Part shown: in pieces, positions 49,148 to 57,971 of the stretch
Layout: every line of letters starts with the position of its first letter
Numbering within the stretch: position 1 is the first letter of the stretch
Assembly: GCA_030700315.1 (NCBI GenBank)
Contig: JAUYJO010000106.1
Coordinates: 9,336-73,335, forward strand
DNA length: 64,000 bases
Reading direction: 5' to 3'
Source of the DNA: Gallionella sp.
Lineage (GTDB): Bacteria; Pseudomonadota; Gammaproteobacteria; Burkholderiales; Gallionellaceae
The notes under the pieces: generated by a model
Told to the model about the DNA's origin: nothing
The model's database searches: none
What the model saw: the letters and a program-made list of their open reading frames with translations, nothing else
Position numbers and translations under genes: made by a program

Positions 49148-51835
49148 TCAATGCCTTTTGGCAGCCATTCGCCGTATCGCCAGCTTTTCCAACTCAACAG
49201 CGATAAACAGCAGCACACCAAAACCCAGGATCAAGCCCCATGCCGCCGCGTCGAGGGCGACCACGCCGAACATTTTTTGCATGAACGGCACATAGGTGAA
49301 TAACGCCTGAATGACGACCAGCACGCCAATGCTGAGCAGCACGTAAGGGTTGCCGGTGAAGTCCTGCCAGCCGCGCACCGGCGCGAGCAGGTAGCGGCAG
49401 TTGAACAGGTAGGCGATTTCGCCCACCACCAGAGCATTGACCGCGACGGTGCGCGCGGTGTCGAGGCTGTCGCCGCGCGCGAGCACCCACAGGAACAGCG
49501 CGACTACTCCGAGCGCAAGCAGCACCGAGACGAAGCTGATGCGCCAGATCATGAAGCCTGACAGGAGAGGTTCGGCGGCGGCGCGCGGCGCGCGGCGCAT
49601 CAGGTCCGGTTCGGCTTTTTCGAACGACAGCGCCAGCGCCAGCGTGACCGCAGTCACCATATTCACCCACAGTATCTGCACAGGCGTGAGCGGCAGCGCC
49701 ATGCCGAACAGGATCGCGATAAGCACGATACCGGCCTCGCCGCCGTTGGTCGGCATGATGAACACGATGGCCTTTTTGATGTTGTCGTAGATGGTGCGGC
49801 CTTCCTCGACCGCGTGGGCGATGGTGGCAAAGTTGTCGTCGGCCAGCACCATTTCAGCCGCTTCCTTGGCGACTTCCGTGCCTTTCATGCCCATCGCCAC
49901 GCCGATGTCGGCGCGCTTCAGCGCGGGCGCATCGTTCACGCCATCGCCGGTCATCGCGACGATCTCGCCGTTGGCCTGCAACGCCGTGACCAGCCGCAAC
50001 TTGTGTTCCGGGCTGGCGCGCGCGAACACATCCACCTCCCGCACCGCTTGGCGCAGCGCCTCATCATCCAGCGCATCCAGCTCGCCGCCGGCCAGCACAT
50101 GGCCGTTGCCGATGCCCAACTGTATGGCAATTGCACTCGCGGTGTCGGCATGGTCGCCGGTGATCATCTTGACGCGGATGCCCGCCGCGCGGCAGTCGCG
50201 CACGGCGGCGATGGCTTCTTCGCGTGGCGGGTCGCTGATGCCGACCATGCCGAGCAGCGTGTAGCCGCCCTCCATATCGGCGAAATTCAGCTCGTGCTGA
50301 CCGTGATCGACCGCCTTCATCGCCAGCGCCAGCACGCGCTGTCCGAGCGCGCCGGTCTCGGCCATTTGCGTGTGCCAGTAGGGCAGGTCGAGCGTCACGT
50401 CCTCGCCCGCATCGCGCTGCCGGTTACACATCGCCAGCACTTGCTCCACCGCGCCTTTGACGAAAATGAAGGCATGGCCGGCGTGATCGTGGTGCAGCGT
50501 CGCCATGAAGCGGTGTTCGGATTCGAACGGGATGTGATCGGTGCGCGGCAGTTCGTCATGCTCGAATTCCGCGTCCATCCCCGCCTTCAAGGCCAGCGGA
50601 ATCAGCGCGCCCTCGGTCGGGTCGCCCCCGATGTGCCAGCGCCCTTCGCTTTCGTTCAGCCTGGCATCGTTGCACAGCAGGCCGACGCGCAGCAGATCCA
50701 GCACGTCCTGATGTTCGGCCAGGCTCACCTCTTGCTCGCCGATGGAAAATCCGCCGTGCGGCGCGTAGCCGCTGCCGCTCACTTCGAACACCTGCGAGGA
50801 GATAATCACGCGCTGCACCGTCATCTCGTTCTTGGTCAGCGTGCCGGTCTTGTCGGTGCAGATGGTGGTGACCGAACCCAGCGATTCCACCGCGGGCAGG
50901 CGGCGCACGATGGCGTTGCGTTTCGCCATGCGCTGCACGCCGAGCGCCAGCGTGATGGTCATCACGGCGGGCAAGCCTTCCGGGATTGCCGCCACCGCCA
51001 TGCTCACCGCCGCGAGGAACATGTCGCCGATGCCGAAGCCGTGTACCAGCCAACCGAACAAAAAAGTCAGCGCGGCCAGCGCCATGATGGCGACCGTCAA
51101 CCAGCGCCCGAACGTTTCCATCTGCCGCAGCAGCGGCGTGGTCAGCGTCTGCACCTCTTGCAGCATCGCGCTGATGCGCCCGATCTCGGTGTCGTCGGCG
51201 GTCGCCACCACCACACCCGCGCCCTGCCCATAGACCACCAGCGTGCTGGAATAGGCCATGCAATAGCGGTCGCCGAGCACCGCTTGCGCGTCCACTGCGG
51301 CAGTATTTTTTTCGACGGCGGTGGATTCGCCGGTCAGCGCGGCTTCCTCGATGCGCAGATTTTTCATGTGCAGCAGGCGCAGGTCGGCGGGAACTTTATC
51401 GCCGGATTGCAGCAACACGATGTCGCCGGGCACCAGCGTCTCGGCCTCCACCACGACACGCTTGCCGCCGCGCAACACCGTGGCTTCGGGCGACAACATG
51501 CGCCGGATCGCTTCCATCGCCTGCTCCGCCTTGCCTTCCTGAATGAAGCCGATGATGGAATTGATGACCACCACGCCGACGATCACCGCCGTGTCCACCC
51601 AGTGCGCGAGCAAAGCGGTGACTGCCGCCGCCGCCAGCAGCACATAGATCAACACGTTGTGGAATTGCAGCAGAAAGCGCATCAACGGGCCACGCTTCGA
51701 GGGCGGCGTCAGCAGGTTCGGGCCATGCTCGGCGAGTCGCCGCGCGGCCTCTTCGGCGCTCAGTCCGGCGGTGCTGGTTTGCTGCGCGGCGAGCGCATCG
51801 TCTGCCGGAAGTTGGTGCCAGGATTGCTGTGTCAT
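49148..51835 (-). CDS. P-type cation (Ca2+-type) transporting ATPase
   Basis: LTGES, IPEGLP, DKTGTLT, KGA.E, MITGD, TGDGVNDAPAL, QILWVN. GGAGG RBS before the ATG at 51835. Confidence 0.94.
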   Translation of the reverse strand: MTQQSWHQLPADDALAAQQTSTAGLSAEEAARRLAEHGPNLLTPPSKRGPLMRFLLQFHNVLIYVLLAAAAVTALLAHWVDTAVIVGVVVINSIIGFIQEGKAEQAMEAIRRMLSPEATVLRGGKRVVVEAETLVPGDIVLLQSGDKVPADLRLLHMKNLRIEEAALTGESTAVEKNTAAVDAQAVLGDRYCMAYSSTLVVYGQGAGVVVATADDTEIGRISAMLQEVQTLTTPLLRQMETFGRWLTVAIMALAALTFLFGWLVHGFGIGDMFLAAVSMAVAAIPEGLPAVMTITLALGVQRMAKRNAIVRRLPAVESLGSVTTICTDKTGTLTKNEMTVQRVIISSQVFEVSGSGYAPHGGFSIGEQEVSLAEHQDVLDLLRVGLLCNDARLNESEGRWHIGGDPTEGALIPLALKAGMDAEFEHDELPRTDHIPFESEHRFMATLHHDHAGHAFIFVKGAVEQVLAMCNRQRDAGEDVTLDLPYWHTQMAETGALGQRVLALAMKAVDHGQHELNFADMEGGYTLLGMVGISDPPREEAIAAVRDCRAAGIRVKMITGDHADTASAIAIQLGIGNGHVLAGGELDALDDEALRQAVREVDVFARASPEHKLRLVTALQANGEIVAMTGDGVNDAPALKRADIGVAMGMKGTEVAKEAAEMVLADDNFATIAHAVEEGRTIYDNIKKAIVFIMPTNGGEAGIVLIAILFGMALPLTPVQILWVNMVTAVTLALALSFEKAEPDLMRRAPRAAAEPLLSGFMIWRISFVSVLLALGVVALFLWVLARGDSLDTARTVAVNALVVGEIAYLFNCRYLLAPVRGWQDFTGNPYVLLSIGVLVVIQALFTYVPFMQKMFGVVALDAAAWGLILGFGVLLFIAVELEKLAIRRMAAKRH

Positions 51836-52022
51836 GTTTGCCTCCAATTTGTTCATCCCAATGTAGAGGCGCATCTTACCGAAACATGGAGGTTTGGTAT
51901 CCGAAAACGGTTGGATGCATAGCGGTTTGTTGCGATCAACCGAGGATTCAAAATATGCCAAACCGGATTATTCCGATGCGCTCGTCGAGCTTCATGCTCA
52001 CATCCTGTGGGATAATCGCGCC

Positions 52023-54233
52023 ATGAATTCCTCCCTGCTTTCCGGCCTCAACCCCGAACAACGTGCCGCCGTCGAACTGCCTGCCCAATCCGCGCTGATC
52101 CTCGCCGGCGCGGGCAGCGGCAAGACGCGCGTGCTGACCACGCGCATCGCGTATCTCATCAGCAGCGGGCAAGTCAGCCCGCATGGCATCCTCGCGGTGA
52201 CCTTTACCAACAAGGCGGCAAAGGAGATGGTGACGCGTTTGTCGGCGATGTTGCCGATCAACACGCGCGGCATGTGGATCGGCACGTTCCACGGGCTGTG
52301 CAACCGCATGTTGCGCGCGCATCACCGCGAGGCGAATCTGCCGCAAACTTTCCAGATTCTCGATTCCGGCGACCAGTTGTCCGCGATCAAACGCCTGATG
52401 AAGGCGATGAACGTCGACGACGAAAAATATCCGCCGCGCGAGATGCAGAACTTTATCAGCTCCAGCAAGGAGCAAGGGCTGCGGGCGAACGAAGTGGAAG
52501 CCTATGACCCGTACACGCGGCGCAAGGTGGAAGTGTTCGCCGAATACGATGCGCAATGCCAGCGCGAGGGCGTGGTGGATTTTTCCGAGTTGCTGTTGCG
52601 CTGCTACGAGCTGCTGTCGCGCAATGCGCAACTGCGCGAGCATTACCAGGAGCGTTTCAAGCACATTCTGGTGGACGAATTTCAGGACACCAACCCGTTG
52701 CAATACCGTTGGCTGAAACTGTTGGCGGGCGCAGATGAGCGCAAACGATCCCCTCTCCCCAACCCTCTCCCGCAAGCGGGCGAGGGGGCGAACGCCGCGC
52801 CTGCGGCGCTTTTTGCCGTAGGGGACGACGACCAGTCGATCTACGCGTTTCGCGGCGCGAACGTCGGCAACATGCAGGAGCTGTTGCGCGACTTCCACGT
52901 CGAGAACGTCATCAAGCTGGAACAGAACTATCGCTCGCACGGCAACATTCTCGACGCGGCCAATGCGCTGATCAGCAACAACCGCAGCCGCCTCGGCAAG
53001 AACCTGTGGACCTCGGAGAGCGGCGGCGAACAGCTGCGCGTGTATGAGGCGGCGACCGATGTGGATGAAGCGGCGTTCATCGTCGACGAGATCCGGCAGT
53101 TGCATTCCGAGGGAGTCAATCTCAAGGAAATCGCGCTGCTGTACCGTTCCAACGCGCAGTCGCGGGTACTGGAGCATGCGCTGGTTTCCGCCGGCCTGTC
53201 ATATCGCGTGTATGGTGGGCTGCGCTTCTTCGAGCGCCAGGAAATCAAGCATGCGCTGGCTTATCTGCGTCTGATGCAGAATGCCGACGACGATAACGCG
53301 CTGCTGCGCATCATCAATTTTCCGACGCGCGGCATCGGCGCGCGCAGCATCGAGCAGTTGCAGGAAGCGGCGAAAATAAATTCGACCACGCTGTGGGATG
53401 CAGCAGCGCGCGCGGGCGGCAAGGTCTCGGCTTTTGTCGGGCTGATCGAGTCGCTGCGCAGCGCGACGCGCGAACTTCCGCTCCCGGAAATCATCGATCA
53501 TGTGCTGCACCACAGCGGCCTGATTGCACATTACCAGAGCGAGAACAGTGCGAAGAAACGCGAGTCCGAGGAACGCCTGGAGAATCTCCAGGAACTGATC
53601 AACGCGGCAACGCTGTTCGTGCATGAGAACGAGGATGATAGCCTGACCTCTTTTCTCACCCACGCCTCGCTGGAGGCGGGCGAGCATCAGGCCGGCGACC
53701 AGGATGACGCGTTGCACCTGATGACGGTGCATGCCGCGAAGGGCCTGGAGTTTCATACCGTATTCATCACCGGCTTGGAACAGGGGCTGTTCCCGCACCA
53801 AAACAGTATCGATACGGACGGCGGGCTGGATGAAGAACGCCGCCTGATGTATGTCGCGATCACCCGTGCGCGACGCAGGCTCTATCTCACCTTCGCGCAA
53901 AGCCGCATGTTGCACGGCCAGGTGAATTACGGCATGGCATCGAGTTTCTTGCACGAGCTGCCGGAGGTGTTGCTGCATTGGCTGACGCCGAGGTTTGTGG
54001 CGCGAAAAACATTTGGATCATTCGTGCCAAATCGCGAAGTGCAACCTGCCGCGCCTCAATCAAAAAGTAGTTCACCGTGGCGCATCGGCCAGCGCGTGTT
54101 CCACCAGAAATTCGGCGAGGGCGTCATTACCGGCGTGGAGGGCAGCGGCGCGGACGGGCGCGTGCAGGTCAATTTCAAGCGCGCGGGCAGCAAGTGGCTG
54201 GCGCTGGAATATGCCAAGCTTGAGCCGCTTTGA
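52023..54233 (+). CDS. uvrD: DNA helicase II (UvrD/PcrA)
   Basis: AGAGSGKT, TFTNKAA, VDEFQDTN, VGDDDQSIY, LEQNYRS, HAAKGLEF, EERRLMYVAITRA, C-terminal Tudor-like domain. Confidence 0.96.
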   Translation: MNSSLLSGLNPEQRAAVELPAQSALILAGAGSGKTRVLTTRIAYLISSGQVSPHGILAVTFTNKAAKEMVTRLSAMLPINTRGMWIGTFHGLCNRMLRAHHREANLPQTFQILDSGDQLSAIKRLMKAMNVDDEKYPPREMQNFISSSKEQGLRANEVEAYDPYTRRKVEVFAEYDAQCQREGVVDFSELLLRCYELLSRNAQLREHYQERFKHILVDEFQDTNPLQYRWLKLLAGADERKRSPLPNPLPQAGEGANAAPAALFAVGDDDQSIYAFRGANVGNMQELLRDFHVENVIKLEQNYRSHGNILDAANALISNNRSRLGKNLWTSESGGEQLRVYEAATDVDEAAFIVDEIRQLHSEGVNLKEIALLYRSNAQSRVLEHALVSAGLSYRVYGGLRFFERQEIKHALAYLRLMQNADDDNALLRIINFPTRGIGARSIEQLQEAAKINSTTLWDAAARAGGKVSAFVGLIESLRSATRELPLPEIIDHVLHHSGLIAHYQSENSAKKRESEERLENLQELINAATLFVHENEDDSLTSFLTHASLEAGEHQAGDQDDALHLMTVHAAKGLEFHTVFITGLEQGLFPHQNSIDTDGGLDEERRLMYVAITRARRRLYLTFAQSRMLHGQVNYGMASSFLHELPEVLLHWLTPRFVARKTFGSFVPNREVQPAAPQSKSSSPWRIGQRVFHQKFGEGVITGVEGSGADGRVQVNFKRAGSKWLALEYAKLEPL
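52750..52794. repeat. Palindromic element translated inside uvrD
   Basis: CCCCTCTCCCCAACCCTCTCCCGCAAGCGGGCGAGGGGGCGAACG encodes PLPNPLPQAGEGAN. A related non-coding copy lies at 55066-55171. Confidence 0.85.
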
Positions 54234-54342
54234 TGTGATGCCTCAATGGGTGTACGCGCCGTAATTCAGAATGCGCCGGACAGGATTCAGGGATGGTAGA
54301 ATTCGCGCTTCGCGGCGCACCGCTTTATGATGGAGTCTATCC

Positions 54343-54951
54343 GTGCAACTCGTTTGTCTTGACCTTGAAGGCGTTCTCGTCCCGGAAATCTGGATCGAGT
54401 TTTCACAACGCACCGGCATTCCGGAATTGCGCCGCACCACACGCGACGAACCCGATTACGACAAGCTGATGAAGTACCGGCTGAACATCCTGGCACAGCA
54501 TCGACTCGGCTTGCCAGACATTCAGGCAGTGATCGCGGCGATGGGGCCGATGGAAGGCGCCAAGGATTTTCTCGACGACCTGCGCCAGCGCTTCCAGGTG
54601 ATTATCCTCTCCGACACATTTTATGAATTCGCCATGCCGCTGATGCGGCAACTGGGCATGCCGACGCTGTTTTGCCACAAGCTGGAGGCCGATACGAGCG
54701 GCGTTCTGGTCAATTACCACCTGCGTATGCCGGACCAGAAACGCGAAGCGGTCAAACGTTTCAAGGAGCTCAATTTCAAAACCATCGCCGCCGGCGACTC
54801 ATACAACGACACGGCCATGCTGGGCGAAGCGCATGCCGGCATCCTGTTCCACCCGCCGGAGAATGTGATCCGGGAATTCCCGCAATATCCGGTCACCATG
54901 AACTATGCGGAACTCGACGCGGAGATCCGCAAGGCCAGCGCGAAAATCTGA
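54343..54951 (+). CDS. thrH: Phosphoserine phosphatase/homoserine phosphotransferase
   Basis: CLDLEGVLVPEIW, TTRDEPDYD.LM..RL, ILSDTFYEF, AAGDSYND. Confidence 0.93.
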   Translation: MQLVCLDLEGVLVPEIWIEFSQRTGIPELRRTTRDEPDYDKLMKYRLNILAQHRLGLPDIQAVIAAMGPMEGAKDFLDDLRQRFQVIILSDTFYEFAMPLMRQLGMPTLFCHKLEADTSGVLVNYHLRMPDQKREAVKRFKELNFKTIAAGDSYNDTAMLGEAHAGILFHPPENVIREFPQYPVTMNYAELDAEIRKASAKI

Positions 54952-55065
54952 CGCACCTGTTTTGATGCGCCTGTTTTCAGGGAATCAATCTGGTGAACTA
55001 ACGGGCATGGCAAGTGGTGCCACACCTGATTATGAACTTGTCATGCCCGGAACCCTCGCTACGCT

Positions 55066-55171
55066 CTCCCTCACCTCAATCCTCTGGATAAAACAACTAG
55101 CCATTCGACTAGGCTGCAAACGACCGCAGCCAAGTCGCTGGTTATCCCGCAAGCGGGCGAGGAGACGAACG
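55066..55171. repeat. CCCGCAAGCGGG-type element interrupted by the ~60-bp hairpin element (55087-55145)
   Basis: Left half CTCCCTCACCTCAATCCTCT and right half CCCGCAAGCGGGCGAGGAGACGAACG match the uvrD insert. Between them is GATAAAACAACTAGCCATTCGACTAGGCTG...CAGCCAAGTCGCTGGTTAT. Confidence 0.8.
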
Positions 55172-55210
55172 AATCGCTGCGCGAGTTTCACGTTAAACAG
55201 ATACCGGGAA

Positions 55211-55984
55211 TTAAAACACGCCCTTGTCCGGGGTGAAGGCGTCATTCTCGATAGAAGGCGGCGCAGCCACCTTCACCGGGGGGAACATGTCGCGGTAGCA
55301 GGCAAACAGCGAAGTGAATACGATAGGCAGCAGCACCAGCCAGCCGAGCATCATCGGCAGGCTCGCCAGAATGGCCAGCATCATGAAGGTCACGCCGTAC
55401 ACCATCATCGGGCCAATGTTGGCGAGGAAAGCGCGCAGGCTGAGTTTCATCGCTTCCACCGGCGGGGCGTTATTGAAGTAAACCAGCATCGGCGCGAACT
55501 GCATGGCCATCATCAGCACGCTGAACAGTGCGAGGCCGAGCAGGATGGCAAGTCCGGCTCCGGCTATGGCCTGCCGCATAATTTCCGGGTCTTCGACCGG
55601 CTGGCCGCTGGTCAGAATGCCGACCAGTGCGGCACCGCCGACCATTATCATCACCCCGAAAATCAGGAATTGCCCGACCAGCGCGATGCCGCCCAGCGTG
55701 ATGAGCTGGGTCGTGCGTTGCTGGAAGCCGCTGAACAGATGCGCCAGTTCCAGCTCATCGCCACGCTCCAGCGCGCGGCAGCCGGCCATCACCCCAACCA
55801 GCACCACCGGCATCAACAGGCTGGCGAGCGGTTCGCCCACCACCGGTATGGCGGACAATCCGACCGCCGCGAAGAAGCAGATCAGCACCAGCACGATCCA
55901 CAGCAGCGGGGCTTTCATGAACAGCGCATAGCCCTGCTTGATCCATTCCCATCCGCGGCTTGCCGCCAAGTGTTGCGGTTCCAT
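55211..55984 (-). CDS. BPSS1780-family membrane protein
   Basis: A.RGW.WI..G..LF...P, LFSGF, FAPMLV, AMKLS..A...N..PM.VYG. Confidence 0.85.
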   Translation of the reverse strand: MEPQHLAASRGWEWIKQGYALFMKAPLLWIVLVLICFFAAVGLSAIPVVGEPLASLLMPVVLVGVMAGCRALERGDELELAHLFSGFQQRTTQLITLGGIALVGQFLIFGVMIMVGGAALVGILTSGQPVEDPEIMRQAIAGAGLAILLGLALFSVLMMAMQFAPMLVYFNNAPPVEAMKLSLRAFLANIGPMMVYGVTFMMLAILASLPMMLGWLVLLPIVFTSLFACYRDMFPPVKVAAPPSIENDAFTPDKGVF

Positions 55985-56065
55985 TATTGTTTCTCCCTAT
56001 AGGCAGGCGACCCGCGCCGTTGCGATGTAATTTTCAGTGTCCGTTTGCCGTGGCGCGACCATGGG

Positions 56066-56404
56066 CTAGAAACTGTGAATGATCCAGCGCGGTACGCGCA
56101 CCCCGGAGTCCAAGCTTTCCTGGCGCACGAATTTGCCATCACCCCGATCGTCCACCAGATAATAAGGTACGCCATGCTTGGGCGTAATTTTGATCATGTA
56201 CAGCTTGCCGCCGGCGCGATATTCCTCGACGGTCTGCTCGGTTTCTTTGGTGATGGTCACTTCCGGCGCATCGTCGGGAGCAGCATCCGGCGCGGCATCG
56301 AAGGCGGGCGGCGGGGGCAGCGGTTCGAGGTTGCCGGGAACCGGTTTCTGGGCGTAGGCGGTCAGGGAGAAGCAGCACAGCAGCAAAAAGGACAGGGAGC
56401 GCAT
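56066..56404 (-). CDS. DUF2782 family exported protein
   Basis: Signal peptide, PEVTI, EEYR..GKLYMIKITP..G.PYYL.D, P.W.I..F. Confidence 0.85.
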   Translation of the reverse strand: MRSLSFLLLCCFSLTAYAQKPVPGNLEPLPPPPAFDAAPDAAPDDAPEVTITKETEQTVEEYRAGGKLYMIKITPKHGVPYYLVDDRGDGKFVRQESLDSGVRVPRWIIHSF

Positions 56405-56484
56405 CGCGGTAGCCTCGACAAATTGGAATGCGCGCATTTTAGCCGATGTCAGGAGGCGCTGCGCGCCCATGTGCGATCCCACAG

Positions 56485-56988
56485 TCAGTCTCGTGCCGCT
56501 ATAACCCGCCACATCTCAAGCTTGCGCTCATAGGGAACGGATGCGTTCGCCGGGCTGGTGGACGGCAGGCGCAGGTACTCGATGGAATCTGTGCCGAGGG
56601 TGTGCAGCACCTGCTTGCGGTAGCATGTCTCTGCTTTTGTGCCATTGAAAAAAACACGGGCAATGTGTGGGTGGCGCAGAAAGAATGCCGCAAAATTATT
56701 CGGGATGAGTGTGGCGTCGTCGATATCGGAATCCAGACTGCCATTGCGGCGGCATGAGTGGAGCACGTCCCACAGCGCGATCCCGGCCAATTCCAGCGCC
56801 TGGACCCGGAGCGCGTAGGGCGAGGCCGGATCGAACTTGAGCAACTCGCCCATGATGCGCCAGAACAGATTGCGCGGATGCGCATAATATTGTCCGGCGC
56901 GCAGGGAGGCCACACCGGGCATGCTGCCCAGAATGAGAATGGTGGCGTGCGCATTTTCGATGGGCGCAAAACTCTGGATATGCTGCAT
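56485..56988 (-). CDS. DNA-deoxyinosine glycosylase (UDG superfamily, family 6)
   Basis: LILGSMPG..SL...QYYAHPRN.FW, IALWDV, GSLDSDI, FFNG, LPSTSPANA. Confidence 0.9.
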   Translation of the reverse strand: MQHIQSFAPIENAHATILILGSMPGVASLRAGQYYAHPRNLFWRIMGELLKFDPASPYALRVQALELAGIALWDVLHSCRRNGSLDSDIDDATLIPNNFAAFFLRHPHIARVFFNGTKAETCYRKQVLHTLGTDSIEYLRLPSTSPANASVPYERKLEMWRVIAARD

Positions 56989-57009
56989 AAAAATTGTGTT
57001 AAAAACCTC

Positions 57010-57211
57010 AGAAACAGCCTTAAAATTCGCGAGGAGGGATGGATGCAAGGCGCACGGAACGCAGCAACCGGAATGTACTTAAAGTACATGAGGATTGCGA
57101 GTACCGCGCAACGCCGCATAACCAGCCACTTGGTTGCTGTATTTTGGCAGCCTAGTGGAATGGCTAGTAGTTCCATCAGACGCCCTCCGCAGCAATTTTT
57201 AGGCTGTTTCT
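57010..57211. mobile_element. MITE with terminal inverted repeats carrying a nested ~60-bp element (57118-57177)
   Basis: AGAAACAGCCTTAAAATT ... AATTTTTAGGCTGTTTCT (17/18 match). Internal hairpin ATGTACTTAAAGTACAT. Right end abuts the LOG stop codon. Confidence 0.82.
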
Positions 57212-57927
57212 TACAAATACAACTGCCGCTCGCGTTCCGCTTCCGAAGGCTCGAAGCCGCGCGTTTCATAGTGTTTGAAAATCGCGCTGACCACGGCTTC
57301 GGGATCGTCGATGACCTGAACCAAATCCAGGTCTTCCGGGCTGATGACTTTTTCTTCCAGCAGCGAGGTGCGGAACCATTCGATCATCCCGCCCCAGAAC
57401 TGGCTGCCGACCAGGATGATCGGCATCTTGCGGGTCTTGCCGGTCTGCACCAGCGTCAAGGCTTCCATCAGCTCGTCGAGCGTGCCGAAGCCGCCGGGCA
57501 TCACCACATAAGCGCTGGCAAATTTGACGAACATCACCTTGCGCGCGAAAAAATGCTGGAATGTCTGGCTGATGTTCTGATAGGTATTGGTGTGCTGCTC
57601 GTGCGGCAACTGGATGTTCAGCCCGACGCTCGGCGATTTGCCGTAGAACGCGCCCTTGTTGGCGGCTTCCATGATGCCGGGGCCACCGCCGGAGATCACC
57701 GAAAACCCGGCATCGGAAAGCAGCCGCGCGATTTCTTCGGTGAGCTTGTAGTAGGTCTGGCCGGGCTTGGTGCGCGCGCTGCCGAAGATGCTGACCGCGG
57801 GGTGGATGCGGTTAAGACGATCGGTGGCGGAGACGAACTCTGACATAATGCCAAACACGCGCCACGCCTCCTTGGAGTTCCATACTTCCGGCAGCGCGGA
57901 GGTGGGCAGTTTGGGCGGCATGTTCAT
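57211..57927 (-). CDS. LOG-family (TIGR00730) Rossmann-fold protein
   Basis: VSIFGSAR, SGGGPGIMEAAN, FFARKVMF, PGGFGTLDE. Confidence 0.93.
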   Translation of the reverse strand: MNMPPKLPTSALPEVWNSKEAWRVFGIMSEFVSATDRLNRIHPAVSIFGSARTKPGQTYYKLTEEIARLLSDAGFSVISGGGPGIMEAANKGAFYGKSPSVGLNIQLPHEQHTNTYQNISQTFQHFFARKVMFVKFASAYVVMPGGFGTLDELMEALTLVQTGKTRKMPIILVGSQFWGGMIEWFRTSLLEEKVISPEDLDLVQVIDDPEAVVSAIFKHYETRGFEPSEAERERQLYL

Positions 57928-57971
57928 GTTGATGACCTTTTAGTAAAAATTATTGAAGACAAATATTTAAA

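Noticed and set aside
49814-51922. 702-aa plus-strand ORF
   Set aside because: Antisense shadow of the P-type ATPase.
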